42,816 bases of DNA. Source: Burkholderiaceae bacterium. GTDB taxonomy: Bacteria; Pseudomonadota; Gammaproteobacteria; Burkholderiales; Burkholderiaceae_C. Each line of letters begins with the position of its first letter. Positions within the stretch are counted from its first letter, which is position 1. This document shows positions 1 to 8,252 of this stretch, one piece after another. Location of the stretch: NCBI GenBank assembly GCA_964230145.1, contig CAXRGK010000025.1, positions 1 to 42,816 of the forward strand. Reading direction: 5' to 3'. The notes beneath the pieces are model-generated. The model made no database searches and was not told the DNA's origin. It worked only from the letters and a program-made list of their open reading frames with translations. The position numbers and the translations under genes are program-made.

Positions 1-61
1 GCCGTTGCCATGGTGCACATCGAAGTCCTCGGTGCCGTTGCCATGGTGCACATCGAAGTCC
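1..61. repeat. 28-bp direct repeat, period 33 (1-28 and 34-61), duplicating DFDVHHGNG
   Basis: gccgttgccatggtgcacatcgaagtcc occurs twice, in frame. Confidence 0.9.
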
Positions 62-570
62 ACGATGGCCACACGCTTGAGGCCATGGCGCTCGACCGCA
101 TGCTTGGCTGCAATCGCCACATTGTTGAAAAAACAAAAACCCATGGCCTTGTCGCGACAGGCGTGGTGGCCGGGTGGGCGAATGGCGCAAAAAGCGTTTT
201 CCAGCTCGCCTTCGATCACCGCGTCGGTGGCCTCGATTGCAGCTCCGGCCGATCGCAGTGCGGCGTCCCAGGTATGGATGTTGATCAGGGTGTCGGGATC
301 CAGCGGTGTATGGGCTGGTCCGCCTGCGGCCATATCCTCACGCAGCACATCGGTCAGGCCGCGCAGGGCCGCCACATGCATGCGCCCGTGCGCCAGCTCG
401 ATGTCGGCCAGCGCAGCCGGCGCGGCTTCGCGACGCGTCAGCGCCATGTCCACCCCACTGATGAGCAGGCGGTCTTCGATCGCACTCAGGCGTTCCGGGC
501 ATTCCGGGTGGCCTGGACCCATTTCGTGCTTCAGACAATCGGGGTGAGTGAAATATCCTGTGGCGCCCAT
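1..570 (-). CDS. histone deacetylase family protein (acetylpolyamine/acetoin deacetylase-like), 3' part runs off the window
   Basis: Not in the ORF track because it has no stop in the window. Reading from the ATG at 570 gives MGATGYFTHPDCLKHEMGPGHPECPERL...RPPGHHA...MGFCFFNNVA...VAIVDFDVHHGNGT, which contains the HDAC-family motifs. Confidence 0.93.
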   Translation of the reverse strand, partial: MGATGYFTHPDCLKHEMGPGHPECPERLSAIEDRLLISGVDMALTRREAAPAALADIELAHGRMHVAALRGLTDVLREDMAAGGPAHTPLDPDTLINIHTWDAALRSAGAAIEATDAVIEGELENAFCAIRPPGHHACRDKAMGFCFFNNVAIAAKHAVERHGLKRVAIVDFDVHHGNGTEDFDVHHGNG

Positions 571-686
571 GCGGTCGAATCCTCTTTATTGTTGAATCAG
601 CTTAGCACGCCCGATCGACGCGACCCTGAATCCAGATCAAGCCTGCGCTGCGCGTTCACAGCATGGCAGCCGTTTAAACTGGCCCC

Positions 687-1868
687 ATGTCTGTTGCATT
701 TGCCTCCGTTTTTGACGCATCCCGCCGTCTCTTGGCCTGGCTGCCTCTGTCGATCGGTCTGTCGTTTGCGCTGCCCTGCGCAGCCAGTCCCGCGCACCAA
801 CAGCCCGTCAACAATGCCAAGGCTCGCAAACACACCCCTGCACCGAAAGCGGCTGCCAAAAGCCACAAAAGCCACCGCACTCAGGCCCATGCCGCCAAAG
901 CCACTGCGGCCGACAGCTACGCCAGCCGCACCGATGTCATGCAATGGGCCCACGAGGCCGCAACACGGTTGGACCTGCCGACTGACTGGGTCCGCCAACA
1001 GATTGGCCAGGCCCGCCGCATCCCGCTGATCGAACAGCTCGTGCTGCCCGCGCCCACGCCCGCAGCCAAAAACTGGGCCGCCTACCGCAGCCGCTTCATC
1101 GAGCCGCGCCGCATCGAGGCGGGCGTCGCCTTCTGGCAGCGCCATCAGGCCACGCTGGCCCGAGCCGAGCAAACCTACGGCGTACCGGCCAGCATCATCG
1201 TCGGCATCATTGGCGTGGAAACGCTGTACGGCCAGCACATGGGTAACTTCCGCATCCTGGATGCGCTGGCCACGCTGGCCTTCGATTTTCCACAGGCGCA
1301 CCCACGCGCTGCTGAACGGCAAGCGTTCTTCAAAGGAGAACTTGACCACTTCCTGCGGCTGACCCAACGCAGTGGCAGCGACCCCTTCAGCATTCGCGGC
1401 AGCTATGCCGGTGCCATGGGCATGCCGCAATTCATGCCCTCCAGCTGGAGCCACTACGCCGTGGACTTTGACGGCGACGGTCGCATCGACCTCTTCAACA
1501 GCCCGGGCGACACCATCGGCTCCGTGGCCAACTACTTCAAGGCCTTCCAGTGGAAAACCGGCATGCCCACCCATTACCCGGTCACATTCACCCCTGGCCA
1601 GACCGACATGGACACCTTGCTGGCACCGGACATCCTGCCCACCTTCAGTGTCGAATCCTTCACCGCCAAAGGCGCTCAACTGCAAGGGCCTGCCCTGCAG
1701 CACAAGGGCCCTCTGGCCCTGATTGAACTGCGCAACGGCGAGGGTGCGCCCAGCTACGTGGCTGGCACTGAAAACTTCTATGTGGTGACCCGCTACAACT
1801 GGAGCAGCTATTACGCCATGGCGGTGATCGAATTGGGCCAGGCCGTGGCCGAGCGGATAGGACGATAA
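687..1868 (+). CDS. mltB: lytic murein transglycosylase B
   Basis: IIGVETLYG catalytic motif, GSYAGAMGMPQFMPSS, EF-hand DFDGDGRIDL, NFYVVTRYNWSSYYAMAV. Confidence 0.95.
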   Translation: MSVAFASVFDASRRLLAWLPLSIGLSFALPCAASPAHQQPVNNAKARKHTPAPKAAAKSHKSHRTQAHAAKATAADSYASRTDVMQWAHEAATRLDLPTDWVRQQIGQARRIPLIEQLVLPAPTPAAKNWAAYRSRFIEPRRIEAGVAFWQRHQATLARAEQTYGVPASIIVGIIGVETLYGQHMGNFRILDALATLAFDFPQAHPRAAERQAFFKGELDHFLRLTQRSGSDPFSIRGSYAGAMGMPQFMPSSWSHYAVDFDGDGRIDLFNSPGDTIGSVANYFKAFQWKTGMPTHYPVTFTPGQTDMDTLLAPDILPTFSVESFTAKGAQLQGPALQHKGPLALIELRNGEGAPSYVAGTENFYVVTRYNWSSYYAMAVIELGQAVAERIGR

Positions 1869-2033
1869 GGCCTGATCAGTGGACAAGCGATGGACGGCGT
1901 CCTGCGAATCAACAGCCGGTAGGCCATAGCTGCTGACGGCCTGTGGCAGTCACCCGAACCCCATCGCTCCCGTTTCGTCAGCCGACCGGTTTCCGATGGA
2001 CAGCTGACACTGTTGAAGTTCAGGGCTAGAGAT

Positions 2034-3242
2034 TCACCCGCAAGACACGGCGCTTGTACGCAACAGCTCTGTAGCCGACCCCACGCCACGCGAAGCCCGA
2101 TTCCACCACTGGAAAAACGAGTCGCAGCGCCTGTCGATCATGGGAAACAGCGCTGGCGCCGATTTGCATTTTGCCCAGCCTGCCAGCCAGTCTCGGATGT
2201 GGAGATCGTCGGTGCTGCTCACAGTACGGGCACTTTGTAATGCCTCACCGATACTCGCCGCATCTCCTTCCCAGCGGACGTGGGTTATTTCTGCCATGCG
2301 GCTGCAGACGAAGCGCCATCGCTTTTCGCTCCAGGGCCAGCGGCGGTGAAAGTCTGTCACAAAGACACCCACGGTCACCGCATCCTTTGGCAAAGCAGCA
2401 GGCACCTCACCGAGATTCCAGGGATGCACCAGCCACACATCTTTGCCCGATACAGCGGCCGCATCTGGGTGGGTGCAACCAAATTCGAGAGCGGGTGCAA
2501 AGCTCAAGGGCGGCTCGATATTTGAGGCGTCAGATTCGAACACCACTGACTCTTGCGTGCCCGGACTGCGAGCGATGCGATCGAGAGCGTCATAGGGTTG
2601 GTCAATCACGCTTGCAGGGCTGTGCCACGCAGGCGGAGCATAACGGGCCACATTGTCTGCGTTGAACAGATATGGTTTGCTGCTGCCGGTACCGGCCACC
2701 CATTGCCAGCTGAGATGGTTGCTGGCGAGGTCACCATCCAGAAGGTGCGCATACATCCAGTCCGCAGCCACGCGCCAATGCACTTTGCGAATGTGCACCA
2801 CATAGCTGGCCAGCCACATGCGAGCGTGGTTGTGCAAATAGCCTGTCGCGTACAGTGTTCGAACCGCCATATCGATGACGGGTATTCCCGTCGCGGCATG
2901 GCGGATATCTGCTGGAAAGATGCGGCTGTAGCTGGCCTCTGGCAGAGGACCCGTGTGAAGCGAGCTCAAGATTCCTGTACCTCTGAAACTCCAAACGTGT
3001 CGAAAATACTCACGCCAGCCCAATTCAAATACAAACTTGTGCCGAACATCCAACGCGTGTCGGGCAGTCACGCCTGACAGCACTTCTGTCAGGCTCACTA
3101 TCCCGTGTGTGATGTAGGGCGACAGGCAAGTCACCGCGCCTGTGATGAAGTTTCGGCTTCGCGCATACTCACTTGGCAGCACTGCATGGATGCGAGCCAT
3201 CGCCTCTTGGCGAGTCGGCAAGAAAGAGTCAACCAAGTTCAT
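2034..3242 (-). CDS. photolyase/cryptochrome family FAD-binding protein with N-terminal catalytic domain (NewPHL-type), 402 aa
   Basis: LSPYITHG, ELGWREYF, TGYLHNHARMWLASY and LLDGDLASNHLSWQW photolyase motifs lie in the first half. Start re-called at MNLVDSF (ATG 3242) to avoid overlap with the upstream gene. Confidence 0.88.
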   Translation of the reverse strand: MNLVDSFLPTRQEAMARIHAVLPSEYARSRNFITGAVTCLSPYITHGIVSLTEVLSGVTARHALDVRHKFVFELGWREYFRHVWSFRGTGILSSLHTGPLPEASYSRIFPADIRHAATGIPVIDMAVRTLYATGYLHNHARMWLASYVVHIRKVHWRVAADWMYAHLLDGDLASNHLSWQWVAGTGSSKPYLFNADNVARYAPPAWHSPASVIDQPYDALDRIARSPGTQESVVFESDASNIEPPLSFAPALEFGCTHPDAAAVSGKDVWLVHPWNLGEVPAALPKDAVTVGVFVTDFHRRWPWSEKRWRFVCSRMAEITHVRWEGDAASIGEALQSARTVSSTDDLHIRDWLAGWAKCKSAPALFPMIDRRCDSFFQWWNRASRGVGSATELLRTSAVSCG

Positions 3243-3315
3243 GCATCCCTTTGTAGCTCCAGTTTTTGAAAATCGATCAGTCGCACAAGTCCAGTAAAAG
3301 CCAAAACCTGAATGG

Positions 3316-4095
3316 CTAGAGGTGGTGGGGTGAAGGCTGTGGAGGTTTTGGGTTGATCGACTTGAATTTTCTGTCTTTGAATACCCCCAGCCATTCCACA
3401 GTGGTGGGTATGCTTTGCTTTGAAAGATCTGCATGCAATCGATACCCGTAGCCGCGCTTGAAGCCAATGTGGACACCGAAAGGACGAATTTTCTTGTTGA
3501 TGCGATGGATGTATAGAGAAACGAGCGCAGGCGCGCACCCCCTTCGCCCGACTGCGCACAGCGCCTGCATGATTTCATCATGCCTGACATAGCGTCCGAG
3601 ATGCTGAAACAGCAAACTGGCCACCAGTGTTTCCCGCTCTGTCAGAGGTACCCTTTCAGACTTGTAAAACAACGTTCGGGTATCGCTGTCATACCGAAGC
3701 AGGCCATGCTCTGTGTACGTTGCCACCAGGCCCTGACGTCGGTGCAGCATGGCACGGATCATGGCCTGAACGACTCTGGTGTCACTTTCTCGGGGCAGGC
3801 ACCGATCCGCGCCTGCGTTCAGCCATGCAATCATTTGGGGCTCGCAGCAGCCAGGTAAAAGCACCAGTGTCAACGGACATTGTGCAGACTGAAAGATGTT
3901 GCGCAGGCGGTATGGATCAAAACAAGCCTGCGCATCGCTCAGCTCGACAACGAGCACATCGCAAGGGGCATGAGCTGTGGAGTGCGTCGATTGGAAAAAA
4001 CTCTCTGGATCGCAAAGCACGCACTCGCCTGGCATGCCTTGCCTGACCTCTGGGTAAATCGAGGGCGCCTGCATGCACAACCAATGAATGCTCAT
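3316..4095 (-). CDS. OmpR/PhoB-family winged-helix regulator with degenerate receiver domain
   Basis: LNAGADRCL...VQAMIRAML linker, VPLTERETLV, VSLYIHRINKKI...KRGYGYRL wHTH. The phosphoacceptor strand reads DVLVVEL. Confidence 0.8.
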   Translation of the reverse strand: MSIHWLCMQAPSIYPEVRQGMPGECVLCDPESFFQSTHSTAHAPCDVLVVELSDAQACFDPYRLRNIFQSAQCPLTLVLLPGCCEPQMIAWLNAGADRCLPRESDTRVVQAMIRAMLHRRQGLVATYTEHGLLRYDSDTRTLFYKSERVPLTERETLVASLLFQHLGRYVRHDEIMQALCAVGRRGCAPALVSLYIHRINKKIRPFGVHIGFKRGYGYRLHADLSKQSIPTTVEWLGVFKDRKFKSINPKPPQPSPHHL

Positions 4096-4167
4096 GTTCA
4101 CTGCGCTGATCCCATGTGCGAAGACAGGTGAGCGGTCAACGTTGTCGGCTCAAAAGCGGATCGCCCA

Positions 4168-4677
4168 TCAAGCCGCTGCACTGTGCAAGAAAGACGACAA
4201 CTCGAACACGGAATTTGGTGCCATCGGCATCAGGCTGACCGGTTTCGGCCCAAGACCAAAGCCGAACTTGATGGTTTCCGGTCGAACACGCCATTCGTCA
4301 TCTTTCTTGACGAATTCGCCAATCGTTTTGTTTGAAAGAAAACCCATGATTTCGTGGTGAAGGTTGCTTTCGAGCGAATCGGTGGGGCGAGCATGGGATG
4401 TCGCAGGCTTTTCCGATGCATCAAACCCCTCAGCTGCAATGACCACTTGCCAGACGGAGATCTGGTCAGGCTGGCGTGACATGAAGTACCCGCCCCCAGG
4501 TCCACGAACAGACCGCACAAAGCCACCTTCCCTGAGGACTCTCATGATGCTCTCGATGTGAGAAATGGAAATGGACAACCTTTCAGCCAGGGCTTGTGTG
4601 GTCACCAAAGCGCCTTTCTGGACGGAGCCGATGGACACCAATACATCGATGCATAGCTGAGTTTTTTTGCTGAACAT
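4168..4677 (-). CDS. Rrf2-family transcriptional regulator, IscR-like but lacking cluster-ligand cysteines
   Basis: ISISHIESIMRVLREGGFVRSVRGPGGGY Rrf2 signature; C-terminal APNSVF as in betaproteobacterial IscR. Confidence 0.88.
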   Translation of the reverse strand: MFSKKTQLCIDVLVSIGSVQKGALVTTQALAERLSISISHIESIMRVLREGGFVRSVRGPGGGYFMSRQPDQISVWQVVIAAEGFDASEKPATSHARPTDSLESNLHHEIMGFLSNKTIGEFVKKDDEWRVRPETIKFGFGLGPKPVSLMPMAPNSVFELSSFLHSAAA

Positions 4678-4787
4678 GGGCACACTCTTGTTTGGGTTGA
4701 TCGATCACAATCTAAGCGAAATTCGACCAATGAATAGAATGAGACAAAAATATCAGGCGATATTCCATTCAATATCTACTCAATAAC

Positions 4788-5768
4788 ATGAGCAAAGTTG
4801 CCCAACACCTGCACAAAATCGGGGCTGTCTCCAGCCTCAGTGGTGTTCCTGTGCCCACACTGCGCGTGTGGGAGACCCGGTACGGGGCGTTCCGCCCGTC
4901 CAAATCGGGAGGAAGTCACCGCCTCTACAACGACGAAGATGTGCTGCGTGCCAGCCTGTTGCGGCGGTTGACATCCAATGGGCATGCCATCAGCACGGTG
5001 GCGAACCTTGGCGTGGATGCCTTGAGCGGGCTGCTCAACCAGCACAGGCACTCCGAGGGCAGGCAAGTACCCGCTGAGCACTCGTCCCGGTCAGTCGGGG
5101 TGGCGGTGATCGGACTGGCTCTCTCTGCCAGGTTCCAGTCCAGTGCGCTCCTGCGAGGCATTGAAGGCGTGAATTTCCAGGTCACGGACAGCCTGGTTGA
5201 TCTGGACTCGGCGCTGGAACAACCATGGCAGGGCAGTCCAGATGTTCTGCTGGTCCAAGTCAACTCCCTTCACATGGCAGCCCACGCTGTACTTCGCCGC
5301 GTGATCGATCAATACGCCATCCCTCATGTGATCGTGCTCTACAGCTACGGGCAAGAGCGTGTGGTTGAAGCGATGAAGATGGCTGGGATGATCGTACGCA
5401 GGGAGCCCATCACGGATCGCGAGCTTGCAGAGTTGATCAATTCAGTTTTGCTGATCGATCCCAGACAGGCCAATGATCTTGCCCGACCTGGCGTGATGAT
5501 TCCGCCACGCAAATATTCCGATCAGACCTTGTTGCAAGTCGCAGGAATTTCGACAAATGTCTTGTGCGAATGCCCAAGACATGTGGCCGAGTTGATTGGG
5601 CAGCTGGCCAATTTTGAACAATACAGTCAAGAGTGCCTCAACAACAGCCAGGAAGATGCCCATCTTCATGCCCAGCTAAGTGCCATTTCGGGCACGGCCC
5701 GCGCTCTCTTCGAGCGGGCACTGGAGATGGTGGCTGACCACGAAGGCATCGACCTTGTCCAACCCTGA
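4788..5768 (+). CDS. MerR-family regulator with central receiver-like domain and C-terminal CECP domain
   Basis: IGAVSSLSGVPVPTLRVWETRYG...GGSHRLY is a CarH/LitR/MlrA-type MerR HTH; C-terminal CECPRHVAELI...ECL...DAHLH. Confidence 0.88.
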   Translation: MSKVAQHLHKIGAVSSLSGVPVPTLRVWETRYGAFRPSKSGGSHRLYNDEDVLRASLLRRLTSNGHAISTVANLGVDALSGLLNQHRHSEGRQVPAEHSSRSVGVAVIGLALSARFQSSALLRGIEGVNFQVTDSLVDLDSALEQPWQGSPDVLLVQVNSLHMAAHAVLRRVIDQYAIPHVIVLYSYGQERVVEAMKMAGMIVRREPITDRELAELINSVLLIDPRQANDLARPGVMIPPRKYSDQTLLQVAGISTNVLCECPRHVAELIGQLANFEQYSQECLNNSQEDAHLHAQLSAISGTARALFERALEMVADHEGIDLVQP

Positions 5769-5805
5769 GTCCACCCTGCCAACTGAACTCTGATCCTTAA
5801 CCTGC

Positions 5806-6177
5806 ATGAACACCAGCGCATTGAATGTGATCGGCGAGCCGCTGATCGCCTGCTCGTACGACCCCTTGACGGGTTATTTTCGTGACGGTTGCTGCAACAC
5901 TCGCTCGGACGACACAGGCTCTCATGTGGTGTGCGCACGCATGACCAATGAGTTCCTGCAGTTTTCACTTTCACGCGGAAATGATCTGATCACACCCCGA
6001 CCCGAATACCGCTTTAAGGGCTTACAAGCTGGCGACCGCTGGTGCTTGTGTGCGCTGCGATGGAAGGAGGCTTTTGATGCAGGCGTGGCGCCTCCGGTGT
6101 TTTTGGAATGCACGCACATCAGGGCGCTGGATTTCGTGACGCTGGAACAACTGCAGTCCTGTGCGATCAAGAAATGA
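5806..6177 (+). CDS. DUF2237 family protein
   Basis: NVIGEPLIACSYDPLTGYFRDGCC, HVVCARMT, GNDLITPRPE, GDRWCLCALRW: the conserved Cys/His pattern of DUF2237. Confidence 0.88.
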   Translation: MNTSALNVIGEPLIACSYDPLTGYFRDGCCNTRSDDTGSHVVCARMTNEFLQFSLSRGNDLITPRPEYRFKGLQAGDRWCLCALRWKEAFDAGVAPPVFLECTHIRALDFVTLEQLQSCAIKK

Positions 6178-6677
6178 AATACCGAGCAAGCGGGGTGGTT
6201 CTTGTTGCCATGTTGGTGGCATTGCCCTTGAGCCATCTGGAGATCCAAACATCTGACGACAGCTGGTTGTTGCGGGTCGATGGTCGTCCCGTCGATATCG
6301 CAGGCTACGTCTCAGAACGTTATACGCAGTTCACTCGCGAATGCAGTCATGTGCATGCGCTGCTACCAAGTGACCCTTTGAGTGCACAAGCCCTGGGTGC
6401 GATTGAGCAACACAGTCCTCCTGACTCCCTGTCAGCGCGTATGGTGCATGTCATTCGAAAAGATGACTGGTTTCTGGTCCAGGTCAAATTCCGAAGTTTG
6501 CAGGATGCAGTGGTGCTTTTGAGTGCGACAAAGGAAGGTCTTGAAATTGCTATGGGCGGAGTGTGGAGTGGTACCACGCCCCCCCACCGACCCGAGCCCC
6601 TCATCAGACGTTACCTGCAAGGCAGGGTGCCAGCGGCCCCCGCCGATCTGACAGAGTGCTTCGCTTATCGGCTCTGA
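6174..6677 (+). CDS. hypothetical exported or membrane-anchored protein
   Basis: ATGA overlap with the DUF2237 stop; hydrophobic N-terminus MKYRASGVVLVAMLVALPL; two Cys. Confidence 0.65.
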   Translation: MKYRASGVVLVAMLVALPLSHLEIQTSDDSWLLRVDGRPVDIAGYVSERYTQFTRECSHVHALLPSDPLSAQALGAIEQHSPPDSLSARMVHVIRKDDWFLVQVKFRSLQDAVVLLSATKEGLEIAMGGVWSGTTPPHRPEPLIRRYLQGRVPAAPADLTECFAYRL

Positions 6678-6877
6678 TGTCTTTGGATATGAAGCCACGA
6701 TAAACAGTTACGCATTGGCCAAGCTGTTGGATGATTCTGTGCCTCGGGTGAACTCTGGTATCGCAAGATGCGAACGCCACCATTCCTGGCAGACCTCATC
6801 ATTGTTTGGGCTTGACCAAACGCACCAAGCCAGTAGCCGTCAGAAAACCTGCATAAAAGGCCATGTGCAACAGAATG

Positions 6878-6900
6878 AAAAAAGCCAGCTTGCGCTGGCT
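6878..6900 (-). terminator. intrinsic terminator of the orf-infA-RRM operon
   Basis: Minus strand agccagc-gcaa-gctggct followed by a T run, 23 nt past the RRM stop. Confidence 0.8.
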
Positions 6901-6923
6901 CTTCTTGATCATCGGTGATGGGT

Positions 6924-7241
6924 TCAATAGCTCTTGCGACGGGAATCACCGTAGCCACGACCGTACCCACCGTTGCCAGGTGCGGTTCGTGCTTCCATCG
7001 GACGAGCGATGTTGACCGTCAAGTCACGGCCGCCCATGTTCTGGCCGTTCATGCCACGGATAGCGGCTTCAGCCTCCTGGCTGTTGGACATCTCGACAAA
7101 GCCGAAGCCCTTGGAACGGCCGGTGTCACGTTCCATCATGACCTTGGCCGATTGAACGTGGCCGAAGGAAGAAAACTGTTGTTGCAGATCGTCGTCGCGA
7201 ACCGAGTAAGAGAGGTTGCCGACATAAAGTTTGTTGCTCAT
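6924..7241 (-). CDS. RRM (RNP-1) RNA-binding protein, Rbp-like with Gly-rich tail
   Basis: RNP2 LYVGNL, RNP1 KGFGFVEM, tail GNGGYGRGYG. Confidence 0.95.
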   Translation of the reverse strand: MSNKLYVGNLSYSVRDDDLQQQFSSFGHVQSAKVMMERDTGRSKGFGFVEMSNSQEAEAAIRGMNGQNMGGRDLTVNIARPMEARTAPGNGGYGRGYGDSRRKSY

Positions 7242-7309
7242 TTGGAGCCTTTCAAAAAAACGCCCTGCGAAATCGTGGGCGCAGGTTAAAAACAGGGGGG
7301 TGAAAATAA

Positions 7310-7579
7310 TCAGCGCTTGCGTTTGAATGCAGGCGAGCCTGCAGCGCGAGGCTGGCGGTTTTCGATGTGGCGGAATGTGATCCGGCCTTTGGAGAGGTCG
7401 TAGGGCGACATCTCCAGCGTGACGTTGTCACCCGCCAGAATGCGGATTCGGTGCTTGCGCATCTTTCCGCCGGTGTAGGCGATCAACTTGTGCCCGTTGT
7501 CCAGCGTCACACGATAACGCGTGTCGGGCAGCATTTCATCGACCTTGCCTTGCATCTCGATGAGTTCTTCCTTGGCCAT
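7310..7579 (-). CDS. infA: translation initiation factor IF-1 (stand-alone paralogue with basic C-terminal extension)
   Basis: [13 protein letters not shown]...[33 protein letters not shown]; RBS AAGGAGG. Confidence 0.96.
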   Translation of the reverse strand: MAKEELIEMQGKVDEMLPDTRYRVTLDNGHKLIAYTGGKMRKHRIRILAGDNVTLEMSPYDLSKGRITFRHIENRQPRAAGSPAFKRKR

Positions 7580-7601
7580 AGGGCCTCCTTGAGTGAATGA
7601 T

Positions 7602-7838
7602 TTAGGCCAGCGAGGCGGGATTGAGCAGCCAGTAGCGCCCTTGCGCGGCGGCGTACATCAAGGCACTGTCCTGGGTTTTGAACTCGGGCTTGAAGGTGTA
7701 GACACGGTCATGTGTCTGGCTGCCTTGCCCTCTACGGATAGAAAGCAGAGCAGTATGCTGATCGTTGCCGTGAGAACGGCTCAGCGGTGTGATCCGAAAA
7801 TCGCCGACGGCGAACGGATGGGTATTGGCAAATGACAT
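7602..7838 (-). CDS. small hypothetical protein (78 aa), first gene of the infA operon
   Basis: Co-oriented, ends 22 nt before infA. The [14 protein letters not shown] motif resembles small proteins I recall upstream of stand-alone infA in Burkholderiales. Confidence 0.72.
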   Translation of the reverse strand: MSFANTHPFAVGDFRITPLSRSHGNDQHTALLSIRRGQGSQTHDRVYTFKPEFKTQDSALMYAAAQGRYWLLNPASLA

Positions 7839-8077
7839 TAAAAACAGTGATGATCGGGCAGATCTGGCCCGGATTCATGCCGTCACGAAATGCAACGGGG
7901 CATGGGCAGTGGCAACCGCGTAAGGGTCGCGAGAGTGGAGCTCGCCTGGGAAAAAGTCAGACCACCGAAGAGTCCACAGTGAAGTGGTGTGCAGTGGAGG
8001 TGTGCGGTTTTGGGGTACCGCTGCCCTGATCGAACCTCGCTGCAGCTCGGGAAAGCAAAAATTGCTGCAACACGTTT

Positions 8078-8106
8078 AATGTACGGTGCTTAGGCCTTCT
8101 GCACAA
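8078..8106 (-). promoter_or_regulatory. putative sigma70 promoter of the orf-infA-RRM operon
   Basis: Minus strand TTGTGC-17 bp-TACATT (-35 at 8101-8106, -10 at 8078-8083); predicts a leader of about 235 nt. Confidence 0.5.
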
Positions 8107-8252
8107 GAGATTCCTGAATATTTTCGAAAAGGCATGTAACAACAAGACTGATCGCTTTTGGCGGCGCAAGCACCGTCCCCGAGGAGTTCCGCGTCGCCGT
8201 CATTGCAGGCGGCCGCACCGTCAGAGAAAATTCGCTGCGGTTGACAACCTCC

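Noticed and set aside
10-1029. 339-aa plus-strand ORF at the window start
   Set aside because: Antisense to the HDAC-family gene and out of frame with mltB; no family signature.
3243-3590. 116-aa N-terminal extension of the photolyase ORF
   Set aside because: It overlaps the OmpR-like gene in another frame, and photolyase-like sequence begins only at MNLVDSF (3242).
4788-5768. Calling the MerR protein CarH/LitR (B12 photoreceptor)
   Set aside because: Cobalamin-binding motifs were not found, and I saw no clear tandem TnnACA operator repeats upstream.
6678-6877. Short ORFs or a gene remnant between the hypothetical gene and the RRM terminator
   Set aside because: No recognisable homology or RBS; cannot be supported without a search.
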